This document shows positions 44,124 to 58,129 of a DNA stretch of 64,000 nucleotides, one piece after another (within the stretch, counting starts at the first letter, position 1; the number at the start of each line of letters is the position of its first letter). Where the stretch lies: contig CM022667.1 in NCBI GenBank assembly GCA_012295275.1, positions 17,732,001 through 17,796,000 of the forward strand. The letters are read 5' to 3'. The notes under the pieces are model-generated. The model did not search any database. It was not told the DNA's origin and worked only from the letters and a program-made list of their open reading frames with translations. This stretch comes from Chrysomallon squamiferum (Eukaryota > Animalia > Mollusca). Position numbers and translations under genes: made by a program.

Positions 44124-44732
44124 AAACTTTAAAAAAAAAAATTAAAAAATATATCTATCTTTCGCTTCTGAAGACTGTTTTGAATTATATTTATAATTCA
44201 TGGGTGTTTTCGGTCAAATTTTCATTAGATTATTTTTATCTTGAAAAAGCCAGTCCTGATTTTCCCAGTATCGATTTCTTATCGTGCACGCTAATGAGCG
44301 TGCTCTGTCTACACATTTACATTATTAAACAACTGAGAAAATCCTTTAAAGTTCACCTCCTTTGGACAAATATTTTGCATATTTCCAGATGACTATTTTA
44401 TTTGTTTTCCTAACGGTAATATACGATACTTTAACATGTCCAGGAAATTCCACATTTCCGGAAGTTTGCGAAATACATTTACACATATAGTAGACAAGAT
44501 ATTTATCACTGAAGTTACAGTTTATCTTAACAATAAAGTGACATTAGAAGAAGAAGAAAAAGTAATAATAATAATAATAGTAATAATAAAATAATAATAA
44601 ACTGTTCTTTTTATTACAATTTATTCAGATAAAAATAAACAAAACTTATATGAAATATATTAAACTACTATTTGTTTTCTCTGAAATCTCCCCAGGCAAG
44701 AGTAACTGGCCTACATATTATATATGGAATTA

Positions 44733-44868
<136 letters not shown>

Positions 44869-45732
44869 CAAATTAAAATAAAAATAAAAACAAATAAATA
44901 AATAACAATTATAATAATGATGTTGATGATAACAACTTGTCATACAATTAAAGATTCTTTATCACTGTTAAATCTAAACAAATCTGGGTGCAAACAATAT
45001 GGACATTCAGTATGCGTTCCATAAATTTATTTAATAACAAATCCAAAAGCTATTGAACAATAAATTTGATAAACTATTAATTTTCCTTGTTATAATAAAA
45101 TAATGAATATCTGTTTATAATAAAACTATTTTTGGGAGTAAATAACCTAAAGATATCGTCTATAAAGGTAAATTATTATTTGTGCGCTATACTCGATGAC
45201 GTCAAGATTACAACAAATATGACATCATACAGAAAGTCTTTGAATATTTTGTTAAACGTTTTCTGGAGAGAACAGTATTTTTCTCTGTTATATTAATTAC
45301 TCTATTTAGAAATATATAATTATATATTCGTCAGATCTCTCTTGCATTAATTTTCTCCGTCACCCACGTCCCGCCAACATTTTTGAATATACACTTATAT
45401 TCGATTTGGAGGGTTCCACGAAAACAAGTAGCAGTGATGACAACAGGTCTACAAAAGAAATCATAACACAGTCTGCATGTAATGTGTAATAGTCAATATC
45501 ACATATGTATATAATCGGGAATGGATGTGCTTACTGTGATCGCTATAATGTTTAATGGATATCGGCGTTTAGAAAACTATGACAGTAAATTCAAACTGTG
45601 TCAGTAGTTTATTATCGTGATGATGTAATAAATTCACTGGATAAATAATCCAGAACACAAGGGTAGAAAAACACGCCGCACTGTCGCCGCTCATTTACCC
45701 TAAAATTTAAAAACTACCTTTAAAAGGATATC

Positions 45733-45875
45733 GTCATATAGGTCATGTAGGTCATATAGGTCATATAGGTCATGTAGGTCATGTAGGTCATATAGGTCAT
45801 GTAGGTCATATAGTCATATAGGTCATGTAGGTCATATAGGTCATATAGGTCATATAGGTTATATAGGTCATGTAG
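45733..45875. repeat. 9-bp tandem repeat AGGTCAT(A/G)T (~15 copies)
   Basis: Directly visible periodicity. Confidence 0.93.
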
Positions 45876-46175
45876 AATTAATCACATATACCGGCTGTTG
45901 AAGGCAGTTTATTTAATACATATTTATATAATATATGTCGTTACTTTATCTTTTCTTTGTCATCTACAGAGACAATCTGTAGATTATATATATTTATATA
46001 TAATGTGTGTCTATGTGCCTGTATACACACATACACACGCATACATTAAAATGAGTACTTTAATAAAAGTATCTATAGTCGGATGTACAGAAAAGAAATG
46101 TATCAATGAAATAGTTTCATAAAAAAACGAGTGTCACGTCTAACAAAGTCGAATCTGTCTGTCTTCACCACAGAG

Positions 46176-47338
46176 GTCGATGTTTACTTTTAGACAGAGT
46201 CGATGTTTACTTTTAGACAGAGTCGCTGTTTACTTGGACACAGAGTCGCTGTTTACTTTTAGACACAGAGTCGCTGTTTACTTTTAGACACAGTCGCTGT
46301 TTACTTTTAGACAGAGTCGCTGTTTACTTTTAGACACAGTCGCTGTTTACTTCGACACAGAGTCGCTGTTTACTTTTAGACAGAGTCGCTGTTTACTTTT
46401 AGACAGAGTCGCTGTTTACTTTTACACAAAGTCGCTGTTTACTTTTAGACACAGTCGCTGTTTACTTTTAGACAGAGTCGCTGTTTACTTTTAGACAGAG
46501 TCGCTGTTTACTTCGACACAGAGTCGATGTTTACTTTTAGACAGTCGCTGTTTACTTTGACACAGAGTCGATGTTTACTTTTAGACAGAGTCGCTGTTTA
46601 CTTTTAGACACAGTCGCTGTTTACTTTTAGACACAGTCGCTGTTTACTTTTAGACAGAGTCGCTGTTTACTTTTAGACAGAGTCGATGTTTACTGTTAGA
46701 CAGAGTCGATGTTTACTTTTAGACAGAGTCGCTGTTTACTTTTAGACAGAGTCGCTGTTTACTTTGACACAGAGTCGATGTTTACTTTGACACAGAGTCG
46801 ATGTTTACTTTTAGACAGAGTCGCTGTTTACTTTTAGACAGAGTCGCTGTTTACTTTTAGACAGAGTCGCTGTTTATTTCGAGACATAGGCGCTGTTTAC
46901 TTTTATACACAGTCGCTGTTTACTTCGACACAAAGGCGCTGTTTACTTTTAGACAGAGTCGCTGTTTATTTCGAGACATAGGCGCTGTTTACTTTTATAC
47001 ACAGTCGCTGTTTACTTCGACACAAAGGCGCTGTTTACTTTTAGACACAGTCGCTGTTTACTTTTAGACAGTCGCTGTTTACTTTTAGACAGAGTCGCTG
47101 TTTACTTTTAGACAGAGTCGCTGTTTACTTTTAGACACAGTCGCTGTTTACTTTTAGACACAGTCGCTGTTTACTTTTAGACAGAGTCGCTGTTTACTTT
47201 TAGACACAGTCGCTGTTTACTTTTAGACAGAGTCGCTGTTTACTTTTAGACACAGTCGCTGTTTACTTTTAGACACAGTCGCTGTTTACTTTTAGACAGA
47301 GTCGCTGTTCACTTTTAGACACAGTCGCTGTTTACTTT
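46176..47338. repeat. ~23-bp minisatellite (~50 copies)
   Basis: Unit GTCGCTGTTTACTTTTAGACA(G/C)A with small length variants. Confidence 0.96.
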
Positions 47339-48376
47339 GGACTTCCTTGACAGCTGGACATTACCAGCACAGTGCGATTAGTGGAAGCTGGTCCAGCACT
47401 GGAAGAGCAACTGAACAGACTCCATCAAGTGATCATTGGGAGACGCGTTCACAGAATGCCTCACTGACTAAACAAAAAAACCGTCAATTTTCAAATATCA
47501 CTTCTGACAACAATCAAGATCTGTGGTGATCACGAAACCTACTAAACTACCTGTTGCATATCGCCAAATTAATTTTCTATTATCACACAGCCATTCCCCA
47601 CAGCTACTCATCTTACAGGTTTGGCAGTTGTGTATTCTCATTACAGGCCCTACATTTGTTTTAAGCATATTTAGTGATGAGTTGTTTCCCCTCGATTACT
47701 ACATTGTACCATCTGTCAGAATTATTTTACGAACGTTTAAAGCAATGTATGTATGTGTATGTAAAAATGTATGTAATATATTTATCTATCTGTTTAATAT
47801 TTACAGTGTCTGTGATGAGCAAAGCTGACAGCATCTTGCAGATGATACTGCAGGGGAAAACACTGAACACGAGAAAACTGAACACAGTGATCTGCATCAT
47901 AATATGACAGTGAAGAAATTCATAAAACTTACTGTGCCATTGTAGTAACTTTTCTCTATTCAAAAAGTTCACTATGTGTTGAAATTATTTTATTTAATGT
48001 GTAATTATTTTATGGTTTCATAAATATGTTTATATTTTTTTCATTGAGATGACAGAGAAAAAAAAGTTCAGTTATAGACAGGCCGGTTTCTGTAGCACTA
48101 AATTTGCCTTTGAGTACCTGTGAAACTTTTTTTTTTTTTTTTTTTTTTATCAGTTTCAAATAATAAAAACAAACAGGCAAATTGTAAGCAAGTTTCTTTG
48201 AACTGAAAATGTATTCATGTTAAATAAGAGAAGAGAGAAGTTGGTATGTCTAAAAAACAGTGCACTCTTTGAAACAAACTGATCGGTTGTGTTTCTTCTG
48301 ATTATTAACTGATTATAAATGTTTTGTATATGTAAACCCCGCCCTTCTTAAATCCCAGCTAAAACACTGTAATACA

Positions 48377-48411
<35 letters not shown>

Positions 48412-50560
48412 GCATACATACAGACATATAGATACATAGGTAGGTAGGTGGGTAAGCAGGTAGATAGACAGCTAAATAGACAGACAGACAGACAGTCAGA
48501 GACAGATAGACAGATAGATAGCTAGACAGATAGACAGATAGATAGATAGATAGATAGATACATAGATAGAAAAATAGATAGTTTTATAATTTGTTTATAT
48601 GAGACAGACCACAGTGCGAGAAATATTTCTCAGCTGACATCATGTACGACTGAGTTATAAGAGGAAATAAAATTGTAGGTTAGTAAGAATTCTTGGTAGT
48701 ACTAGCACTAATAGAATACTGGTGGTAATCGTCGTAACAGTGGTAGATGACATCGTCATAATTACTTGCAGCAAGAGGCACGACGATGTAGTAGCAATAA
48801 TAATATAAAAATTAAATAGTACCCGGAGTCTATCATGAGTCATATTTATGTATTCACTGTATTATGTATATTAAACAGAGGATTAGAAAATACCTATAGC
48901 GACTGAGTCCTCAATGACAAACCATGCTGCCACTAGCATAATTAGCGTGAATTTCGTTCACAGTATTAAAGGAATTCTAAGGATTTATGTTTCGGACAAG
49001 AAACAACCAAACTATTTTTGCATCGTAAGCATAATGGTTACCATACATAAATAACTTCAGATCTAATTCTATTAATTTAACAACAGCTGGCAATGATTCA
49101 TATTTTATTTCGTAAAAAATTAATTTTAAAATATTCTACCTCTCCCCATGGTGTGATACTCACTTTGGTCACGTGAACATGAGCTGCTTTATAGAAATTG
49201 ATACAATTATGATGTTCTAAGTGTACGAATATTGCCTGATGCGAATTCGTCAAAGCCAAGTGTTTATAAGAGATCGGTGATCTTTCACTAAGTGGAATTA
49301 TAAACGTAAATTCTAAAAATATGTTCTTACTTCTAATTATAATAATAGTTAGTTGTGACAGTATACCTAGAACTATTTAATAATGGCGTTGATAACCATG
49401 GTGATGGGTAAAACATAATTATGATTTTGACGACACTGACGTTTTTTATAATGATCATGACGACGGTGATGATGATGACGACGATAAAGAATTAAAATAT
49501 AGAGACTATAATTCATAAAATAATATTTATTAATTAATATCTACTGTTACAACGTGAAGTAAATGAAAGGAGTATACATTTTATTTGACGATGTCTATCA
49601 GAGATTAAAGCCTGACATCACTGTATAACTTCTTATAATCCAATCGTTCATTACTGGCATTTTAAAATATTGAATTTCTATTCCCGTGTTTACACGAATG
49701 CAATGAAAATAACTTGTAATTATAATAAAAATGTTATTAATTTATTATAATTATTGAGCGTGAAGAAAATCGTTACTTTAATTTATTCCGTATATTCTCG
49801 CCTATTCCTCGGAAATACATAAGCAACTGGTGTCGTCTGCCCACGTAACAGCTGGCGCGAGCAAGCTCAGTGTTTCAGTTAATTCTACGTAACGTCAGCG
49901 ACGTGATGCTCTTGTTTTAGGGCGCATTAAGCATACGTCAACGGCAACATGTTGGCTAAGGTTATATCTGTGACGTTGTATTCTGGAAAAGGACAGATAG
50001 AAACTTTTCACAAGTTTCGATTTAAGGCGCCAACGCGTTCACGTGACGTTCAAAACAGGCGACATATGTGAAACTAATTTCACAACGACATTGCCGTGTC
50101 CAAAACAACAGATGTAGTTCAAATGATTATTGTATAAAACTGATAGTAGGAGTAATAATATAATAATAGGCAATATATCTCTATCGTAGTAGTAGTATTT
50201 GTAGTTATAGTGTTAGTAATAGTAGATGACATAGTAAGGTAGTGATACTGGTACAAGTAATAATTTTAAGACAAATATTAGAAATAGTACATAGTTGAAG
50301 TTATATGTATTTGTAGTAGCATTAGTAATGAAAGAATAGAAGTAGTATAGTGATAGTAGTATTAACAGACGTAGTAAAATGGTGTTTTAATACTAGTAAA
50401 ATGGTGTTTTAATTGAGTATTGAAATAGTATTAGTACTATTAGTAGCAATTACTAGATATAGTAATTTAGTAGTACTAATAGTAGTAGTAGTAGTAGTAG
50501 AATAGTAGCAATAGTATTCATAGCGATAGTAGTCGTAGAACAGTAAAACCCGTTACAGAA

Positions 50561-53500
50561 GTCGTAGAAATGTTATGTAGCTGTAGTCGTAGTAGTAGAA
50601 GTGTTATGCAGCTGTAGTCGTAGTAGTAGAAGTGTTATGTAGCTGTAGTCGTAGTAGTAGAAGTGTTATGTAGCTGTAGTCGTAGTAGTAGAAGTGTTAT
50701 GTAGCTGTAGTCGTAGTATGAGAAGTGTTATGCAGCTGTAGTCGTAGTAGTAGAAGTGATATGCAGCTGTAGTCGTAGTAGTAGAAGTGTTATGTAGCTG
50801 TAGTCGTAGTAGTAGAAGTGTTATGTAGCTGTAGTCGTAGTAGTAGAAGTGTTATGTAGCTGTAGTCGTAGTAGTAGAAGTGTTATGCAGCTGTAGTCGT
50901 AGTAGCAGTAGAAGTGTTATGTAGCTGTAGTCGTAGCAGTAGAAGTGTAGTAGTAGAAGTGTTATGTAGCTGTAGTCGTAGTAGCAGTAGAAGTGTTATG
51001 TAGCTGTAGTCGTAGTAGTAGAAGTGTTATGTAGCTGTAGTCGTAGTAGTAGAAGTGTTATGTAGCTGTAGTCGTCGCAGTAGAAGTGTTATGTATCTGT
51101 AGTCGTAGCAGTAGTAGAAGTGTTATGTAGCTGTAGTCGTAGTAGCAGTAGAAGTGTTATGTAGCTGTAGTCCTAGCAGTAGTAGAAATGTTATGTAGCT
51201 GTAGTGGTAGTAGCAGTAGAAGTGTTATGTAGCTGTAGTCGTAGCAGTAGTAGAAGTGTTATGTAGCTGTATTCGTAGTAGCAGTAGAAGTGTTATGTAG
51301 CTGTAGTCGTAGTAGTAGAAGTGTTATGTAGCTGTAGTCGTAGTAGTAGAAGTGTTATGTAGCTGTAGTCGTAGTAGTAGAAGTGTTATGTAGCTGCAGT
51401 CGTAGTAGTAGAAGTGTTATGTGTAGCTGTAGTCGTAGTCGTAGCAGTAGAGGTGTTATGTAGCTGCAGTCGTAGTAGTAGAGGTGTTATGTAACTGCAG
51501 TCGTAGTAGTAGAAGTGTTATGTAGCTGTATTCGTAGTAGTAGAAGTGTTATGTAGCTGTAGTCGTAGTAGTAGAAGTGTTATGTAGCTGTAGTCGTAGT
51601 AGTAGAAGTGTTATGTAGCTGTAGTCGTAGTAGTAGAAGTGTTATGTAGCTGTAGTCGTAGTAGTAGAAGTGTAGTAGTAGAAGTGTTATGTAGCTGTAG
51701 TCGTAGTAGTAGAAGTGTAGTAGTAGAAGTGTTATGTAGCTGTAGTCGTAGTAGTAGAAGTGTTATGTAGCTGTAGTCGTAGTAGTAGAAGTGTTATGTA
51801 GCTGCAGTCGTAGTAGTAGAAGTGTTATGTAGCTGTAGTCGTAGCAGTAGAGGTGTTATGTAGCTGCAGTCGTAGCAGTAGAGGTGTTATGTAACTGCAG
51901 TCGTAGTAGTAGAAGTGTTATGTAGCTGTATTCGTAATAGTAGAAGTGTTATGTAGCTGTAGTCGTAGTAGTAGAAGTGTTATGTAGCTGTAGTCGTAGT
52001 AGTAGAAGTGTTATGTAGCTGTAGTCGTAGTAGTAGAAGTGTTATGTAGCTGTAGTCGTAGTAGTAGAAGTGTTATGTAGCTGTAGTCGTAGTAGTAGTA
52101 GAAGTGTAGTAGTAGAAGTGTTATGTACCTGTAGTCGTAGTAGCAGTAGAAGTGTTATGTAGCTGTAGTCGTAGTAGTAGAAGTGTTATGTAGCTGTAGT
52201 CGTAGTAGTAGAAGTGTAGTAGTAGAAGTGTTATGTAGCTGTAGTCGTAGTAGCAGTAGAAGTGTTATTTAGCTGTAGTCGTAGTAGTAGAAGTGTTATG
52301 TAGCTGTAGTCGTAGTAGTAGAAGTGTTATGTAGCTGTAGTCGTCGCAGTAGAAGTGTTATGTATCTGTAGTCGTAGCAGTAGTAGAAGTGTTATGTAGC
52401 TGTAGTCGTAGTAGCAGTAGAAGTGTTATGTAGCTGTAGTCCTAGCAGTAGTAGAAATGTTATGTAGCTGTAGTGGTAGTAGCAGTAGAAGTGTTATATA
52501 GCTGTAGTCGTAGCAGTAGTAGAAGTGTTATGTAGCTGTATTCGTAGTAGCAGTAGAAGTGTTATGTAGCTGTAGTCGTAGCAGTAGAGGTGTTATGTAG
52601 CTGCAGTCGTAGTAGTAGAAGTGTTATGTAGCTGTAGTCGTAGCAGTAGAGGTGTTATGTAGCTGCAGTCGTAGTAATAGAAGTGTTATGTAGCTGTATT
52701 CGTAGTAGTAGAAGTGTTATGTAGCTGTAGTCGTAGTAGTAGAAGTGTTATGTAGCTGTAGTCGTAGTAGTAGAAGGGTTTTGTATCTGTAGTCGTAGTA
52801 GTAGAAGTGTTATGTAGCTGTATTCGTAGTAGTAGAAGTGTTATGTAGCTGTATTCGTAGTAGTAGAAGTGTTATGTAGCTGTATTCGTAGTAGTAGAAG
52901 TGTTATGTAGCTGTAGTCGTAGTAGTAGAAGTGTTTTGTAGCTGTAGTCGTAGTAGCAGTGTTATGTAGCTGTAGTCGTAGTAGTAGAAGTGTTATGTAG
53001 CTGTAGTCGTAGTAGTAGAAGTGTTATGTAGCTGTAGTCGTAGTAGTAGAAGTGTAGTAGTAGAAGTGTTATGTAGCTGTAGTCGTAGCAGTAGAAGTGT
53101 TATCTAGCTGTAGTCGTAGCAGTAGAAGTGTTATGTAGCTGTAGTCGTAGTAGTAGAAGTAGAAGTGTTATGTAGCTGTAGTCGTAGTAGTAGAAGTTTA
53201 TATAGTGTAGTAGTAGTAGAAGTGTTATGTAGCTGTAGTCGTAGTAGTAGAAGTGTTATGTAGCTGTAGTCGTAGTAGTAGAAGTAGTTTATGTAGCTGT
53301 AGTCGTAGTAGTAGAAATGTTATGTAGCTGTATTCGTAGTAGTAGAGAAGTGTTATGTAGCTGTAGTCGTAGTAGTAGTAGAAGGGTTTTGTAGCTGTAG
53401 TCGTAGTAGTAGAAGTGTTATGTAGCTATAGTCGTAGTAGTAGAAGTGTTATATAGCTGTAGTCGTAGCTGTAGTCGTAGTAGTAGTAGTAGAAGTGTTA

Positions 53501-56500
53501 TGTAGCTGTAGTCGTAGTAGTAGAGAGTGTTATGTAGCTGTAGTCGTAGTAGTAGTCGTAGTAGTGTTATGTAGCTGTAGTCGTAGTAGTAGAAGTTTAT
53601 GTAGCTGTAGTCATGTAGTAGTAGTAGAAGTGTTATGTAGCTGTAGTCGTAGTAGTAGAAGTGTTATGTGTAGTCGCTGTTATGTAGTCGTAGTAGTAGT
53701 AGTAGAAGTGTTATGTAGCTGTAGTCGTAGTAGTAGAAGTGTTATGTAGCTGTAGTCGTAGTAGTAGAAGTGTTATGTAGCTGTAGTCGTAGTAGTAGAA
53801 GTGTTATGTAGCTGCAGTCGTAGTAGTAGAGAAGTGTTATGTAGTCTGTAGTCGTAGTAGTAGAGGTGTTATGTAGCTGTAGTCGTAGTAGTAGAGGTGT
53901 TATGTAACTGTAGTCGTAGTAGTAGAAGTGTTATGTAGCTGTATTCGTAATAGTAGAAGTGTTATAGAAGTGTTAGTAGCTGTAGCTGTAGTCGTAGTAG
54001 TAGAAGTGTTATGTAGCTGTAGTCGTAGTAGTAGAAGTGTTATGTAGCTGTAGTCGTAGTAGTAGAAGTGTTATGTAGCTGTAGTCGTAGTAGTAGAAGT
54101 GTTATGTAGCTGTAGTCGTAGTAGTATGTAAGTCGTAGTAGTAGAAGTGTTATGTAGCTGTAGTCGTAGTAGTAGAAGTAGCTGTATTGTAGTAGTAGAA
54201 GTGTTATGTAGCTGTAGTCGTAGTAGTAGAAGTGTTATGTAGCTGTAGTCGTAGTAGTAGAAGTGTTATGTAGCTGCAGTCGTAGTAGTAGAAGTGTTAT
54301 GTAGCTGTAGTCGTAGTAGTAGAAGGTGTTATGTAGCTGTAGTCGTAGTAGTAGAGGTGTTATGTAACTGTAGTCGTAGTAGTAGAAGTGTTATGTAGCT
54401 GTATTCGTAGTAGTAGTAGAAGTGTTATGTAGCTGTAGTCGTAGTAGTAGAAGTGTTATGTAGCTGTAGTCGTAGTAGTAGAAGTGTTATGTAGCTGTAG
54501 TCGTAGTAGTAGAAGTGTTATGTAGCTGTAGTCGTAGTAGTAGAGTAGAAGTGTTATGTAGCTGTAGTCGTAGTAGTAGAAGTGTAGTAGTAGAAGTGTT
54601 ATGTACCTGTAGTCGTAGTAGCAGTAGAAGTGTTATGTAGCTGTAGTCGTAGTAGTAGAAGTGTTATGTAGCTGTAGTCGTAGTAGTAGAAGTGTAGTAG
54701 TAGAAGTGTTATGTAGCTGTAGTCGTAGTAGCAGTAGAAGTGTTATTTAGCTGTAGTCGTAGTAGTAGAAGTGTTATGTAGCTGTAGTCGTAGTAGTAGA
54801 AGTGTTATGTAGCTGTAGTCGTAGTAGTAGAAATGTTATGTAGCTGTATTCGTAGTAGTAGAAGTGTTATGTAGCTGTAGTCGTAGTAGTAGAAGGGTTT
54901 TGTAGCTGTAGTCGTAGTAGTAGAAGTGTTATGTAGCTATAGTCGTAGTAGTAGAAGTGTTATATAGCTGTAGTCGTAGTAGTAGAAGTATAGTAGTAGA
55001 AGTGTTATGTAGCTGTAGTCGTAGTAGTAGAAGTGTTATGTAGCTGTAGTCGTAGTAGTAGAAGTGTAGTAGTAGAAGTGTTATGTAGCTGTAGTCGTAG
55101 TAGCAGTAGAAGTGTTATGTAGCTGTAGTCGTAGTAGTAGAAGTGTTATGCAGCTGTAGTCGTAGTAGCAGTAGAAGTGTTATGTAGCTGTAGTCGTAGT
55201 AGTAGAAGTGTTATGTAGCTGTAGTCGTAGTAGTAGAAGTGTTATGTAGCTGTAGTCGTAGTAGCAGTAGAAGTGTTATGTAGCTGTAGTCGTAGTAGTA
55301 GAAGTGTAGTAGTAGAAGTGTTATGCCGCTGTAGTGGTAGTAGTAGAAGTGTTATGTAGCTGTAGTCGTAGTAGCAGTAGAAGTGTTATGTAGCTGTAGT
55401 CGTAGTAGTAGAAGTGTAGTAGTAGAAGTGTTATGCCGCTGTAGTCGTAGTAGTAGAAGTGTTATGTAGCTGTAGTCGTAGTAGTAGAAGTGTTATGTAG
55501 CTGTAGTCGTAGTAGTAGAAATGTTATGTAGCTGTATTCGTAGTAGTAGAAGTGTTATGTAGCTGTAGTCGTAGTAGTAGAAGTGTTTTGTAGCTGTAGT
55601 CGTAGTAGAAGTGTTATGTAGCTGTAGTCGTAGTAGTAGAAGTGTAGTAGTAGTAGTGTTATGTAGCTGTAGTCGTAGTCGTAGTAGAAGTGTTATGTAG
55701 CTATAGTCGTAGTAGTAGAAGTGTTATGTAGCTGTAGTCGTAGTAGTAGAAGTGTGATGTAGCTGTAGTCGTAGTAGTAGAAATGTTATGTAGCTGTATT
55801 CGTAGTAGTAGAAGTGTTATGTAGCTGTAGTCGTAGTAGTAGAAGTGTTTTGTAGCTGTAGTCGTAGTAGAAGTGTTATGTAGAAGTGTTATGTAGCTGT
55901 AGTCGTAGTAGTAGAAGTGTTATGTAGCTGTAGTCGTAGTAGTAGAAGTGTTATGTAGCTGTAGTCTTAGTAGTAGAAGTGTAGTAGTAGAAGTGTTATG
56001 TAGCTGTAGTCGTAGTAGTAGAAGTGTAGTAGTAGAAGTGTTATGTAGCTGTAGTCGTTGTAGCAGTAGAAGTGTTATGTAGCTGTAGTCGTAGTAGTAG
56101 AAGTGTTATGTAGCTGTAGTCGTAGTCGTAGTAGAAGTGTTATGTAGCTGTAGTCGTAGTAGAAGTGTTTTGTAGCTGTAGTCGTAGTAGAAGTGTTATG
56201 TAGCTGTAGTCGTAGTAGAAGTGTTATGTAACTGTAGTCGTAGTAGTAGAAGTGTTTTGTAGCTGTAGTCGTAGTAGAAGTGTTATGTAGCTGTAGTCGT
56301 AGTAGTAGAAGTGTAGTAGTAGAAGTGTTATGTAGCTGTAGTCGTAATAGTAGAAGTGTTATGTAGCTGTAGTCGTAGTAGGAGAAGTGTTATGTAGCTG
56401 TAGTCGTAGTAGTAGAAGTGTAATAGTAGAAGTGTTATGTAGCTGTAGTCGTAGTAGTAGAAGTGTTATGTAGCTGTAGTCGTAGTAGTAGAAGTGTTAT

Positions 56501-56838
56501 GTAGCTGTAGTCGTAGTAGTAGAAGTGTTATGTAGCTGTAGTCGTAGTAGTAGAAGTGTTATGTACCTGTAGTCGTAGTAGTAGAAGTGTTATGTATTCG
56601 TAGTAGTGTATTTATGTAGCTGTAGTAGTAGAAGTGTTATGTAGCTGTAGTCGTAGCAGTAGTAGAAGTGTTATGTAGCTGTAGTGGTAGTAGTAGAAGT
56701 GTTATGTAGCTGTAGTCGTAGCAGTAGTAGAAGTGTTATGTAGCTTTATTCGTAGCAGTAGTAGAAGTGTTATGTAGCTGTAGTCGTAGTAGTAGAAGTG
56801 TTATGTAGCTGTAGTCGTAGCAGTAGTAGAAGTGTTAT
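50561..56838. repeat. 31-bp satellite array (~6.3 kb, ~200 copies)
   Basis: Unit CTGTAGTCGTAGTAGTAGAAGTGTTATGTAG with point and indel variants; no unique spacers. Confidence 0.97.
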
Positions 56839-57645
56839 TCATCTCAGTTTCAAAAACTTTGCCAGTAGCTAAATGTGATGAACTAACCTGGTTCAACATA
56901 AGCTAAAGAAACAGTAATTAGTAACCATGTGTCACACAGCGTTATCAGCACCAGCAATCTGAAAGCAATTTAAAAATATATATTTAAAACAAATTATGTC
57001 CAAATGTTGCTGTACCTGAATATTAATTACCAATCTGAATCGATAATACATAAAATTGTATTAGCGTATTTTGTCACAGAGATTAAACTGAAGATCGATT
57101 CTCCTTCATACTCTCAATGAACAATGTACTGTTAGCCAGTGTACTGTTACTCCAAGTATTAATATATATATATATATACCCACATATGTATGTATGTATG
57201 TATGTATGCATGTATTCATTTTAGGATTAGAATATCCTCTGTGTTATGTATACGTCTGCACACAGACAATAGTCAGGAACGCTCTGGCACGGGAGGACAA
57301 AGTCTACTCATGAACTCACAAACTCCGTCCGATGCCGAAACTCGAACGTGTAGCACCCATTCGCCCGCATGTACGTGTGCATGTTCGTGTTTGTGTGTGT
57401 GTATATATACACACACATACATGTACGTACGCATGAATGTATGTTTCTAAATATATAGTTATGTTTCTGTAAATATGTAATGAGAAAGCATTAAATTCAC
57501 GTAGAACGTGAAAATTTAAAAAGCGAACTTATTCGTTGTTATTATTTAATATTCTAACAGATAACAAAACAAACATGGAAAATATATGTATAGTTTTATT
57601 ATGATACATACATAAAATCAGTTTAACAAATTGTGAAATACATAC

Positions 57646-57728
<83 letters not shown>

Positions 57729-57850
57729 GAAATTACAATAACGTAATATTTTTGACTTATTCCAGATTGCATATTTCAGTTGCTTCGATGATAATTATAC
57801 ACAAGACGTATTTATCACATAGCAGTCATACACATGTATTACGTATGTAA

Positions 57851-58110
57851 GTAAGGAAATATGTTTATTAATGACGCACTAAATACCTTTTTACTGTTAT
57901 ATGACTAATCAGAAAGGGAAGAAACCTAGAGTTTGGGTTACATTTTACGATTAGCAGAAAAATATACTTTATATGCACCATCCCATTTTCAGGCACATAT
58001 ATATAAAGATCTTTGTTACACCATTGTTGGAGCGCTGGCTTGAAGGAGAAATAGACCATTATGTCCTCCAGGGGGGATCGATTGATATACTCTGGTGCAC
58101 TCTTATTAAT
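57851..58110 (-). mobile_element. Degenerate Nin-domain-type (molluscan) SINE
   Basis: AAGGAAATATGTTTATTAATGACGCAC...ACGATTAGCAG...TTTATATGCACCATCCCA...CTTTGTTACACCA.TGTTGGAGCGCTGGCT.GAAGGAGAAATAG...GGGATCGAT follows the reverse strand of gastropod Nin-SINEs as recalled. Confidence 0.6.
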
Positions 58111-58129
58111 TCAACGATCCTCAGATTAG

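Noticed and set aside
47341-47950. Complex sequence after the minisatellite with short ORFs
   Set aside because: No recognisable motif or consistent exon chain; probably a repeat relic.
46176-56838. CRISPR-like appearance of the 23-bp and 31-bp arrays
   Set aside because: Units are head-to-tail with no unique spacers, there are no cas genes, and the context is eukaryotic.
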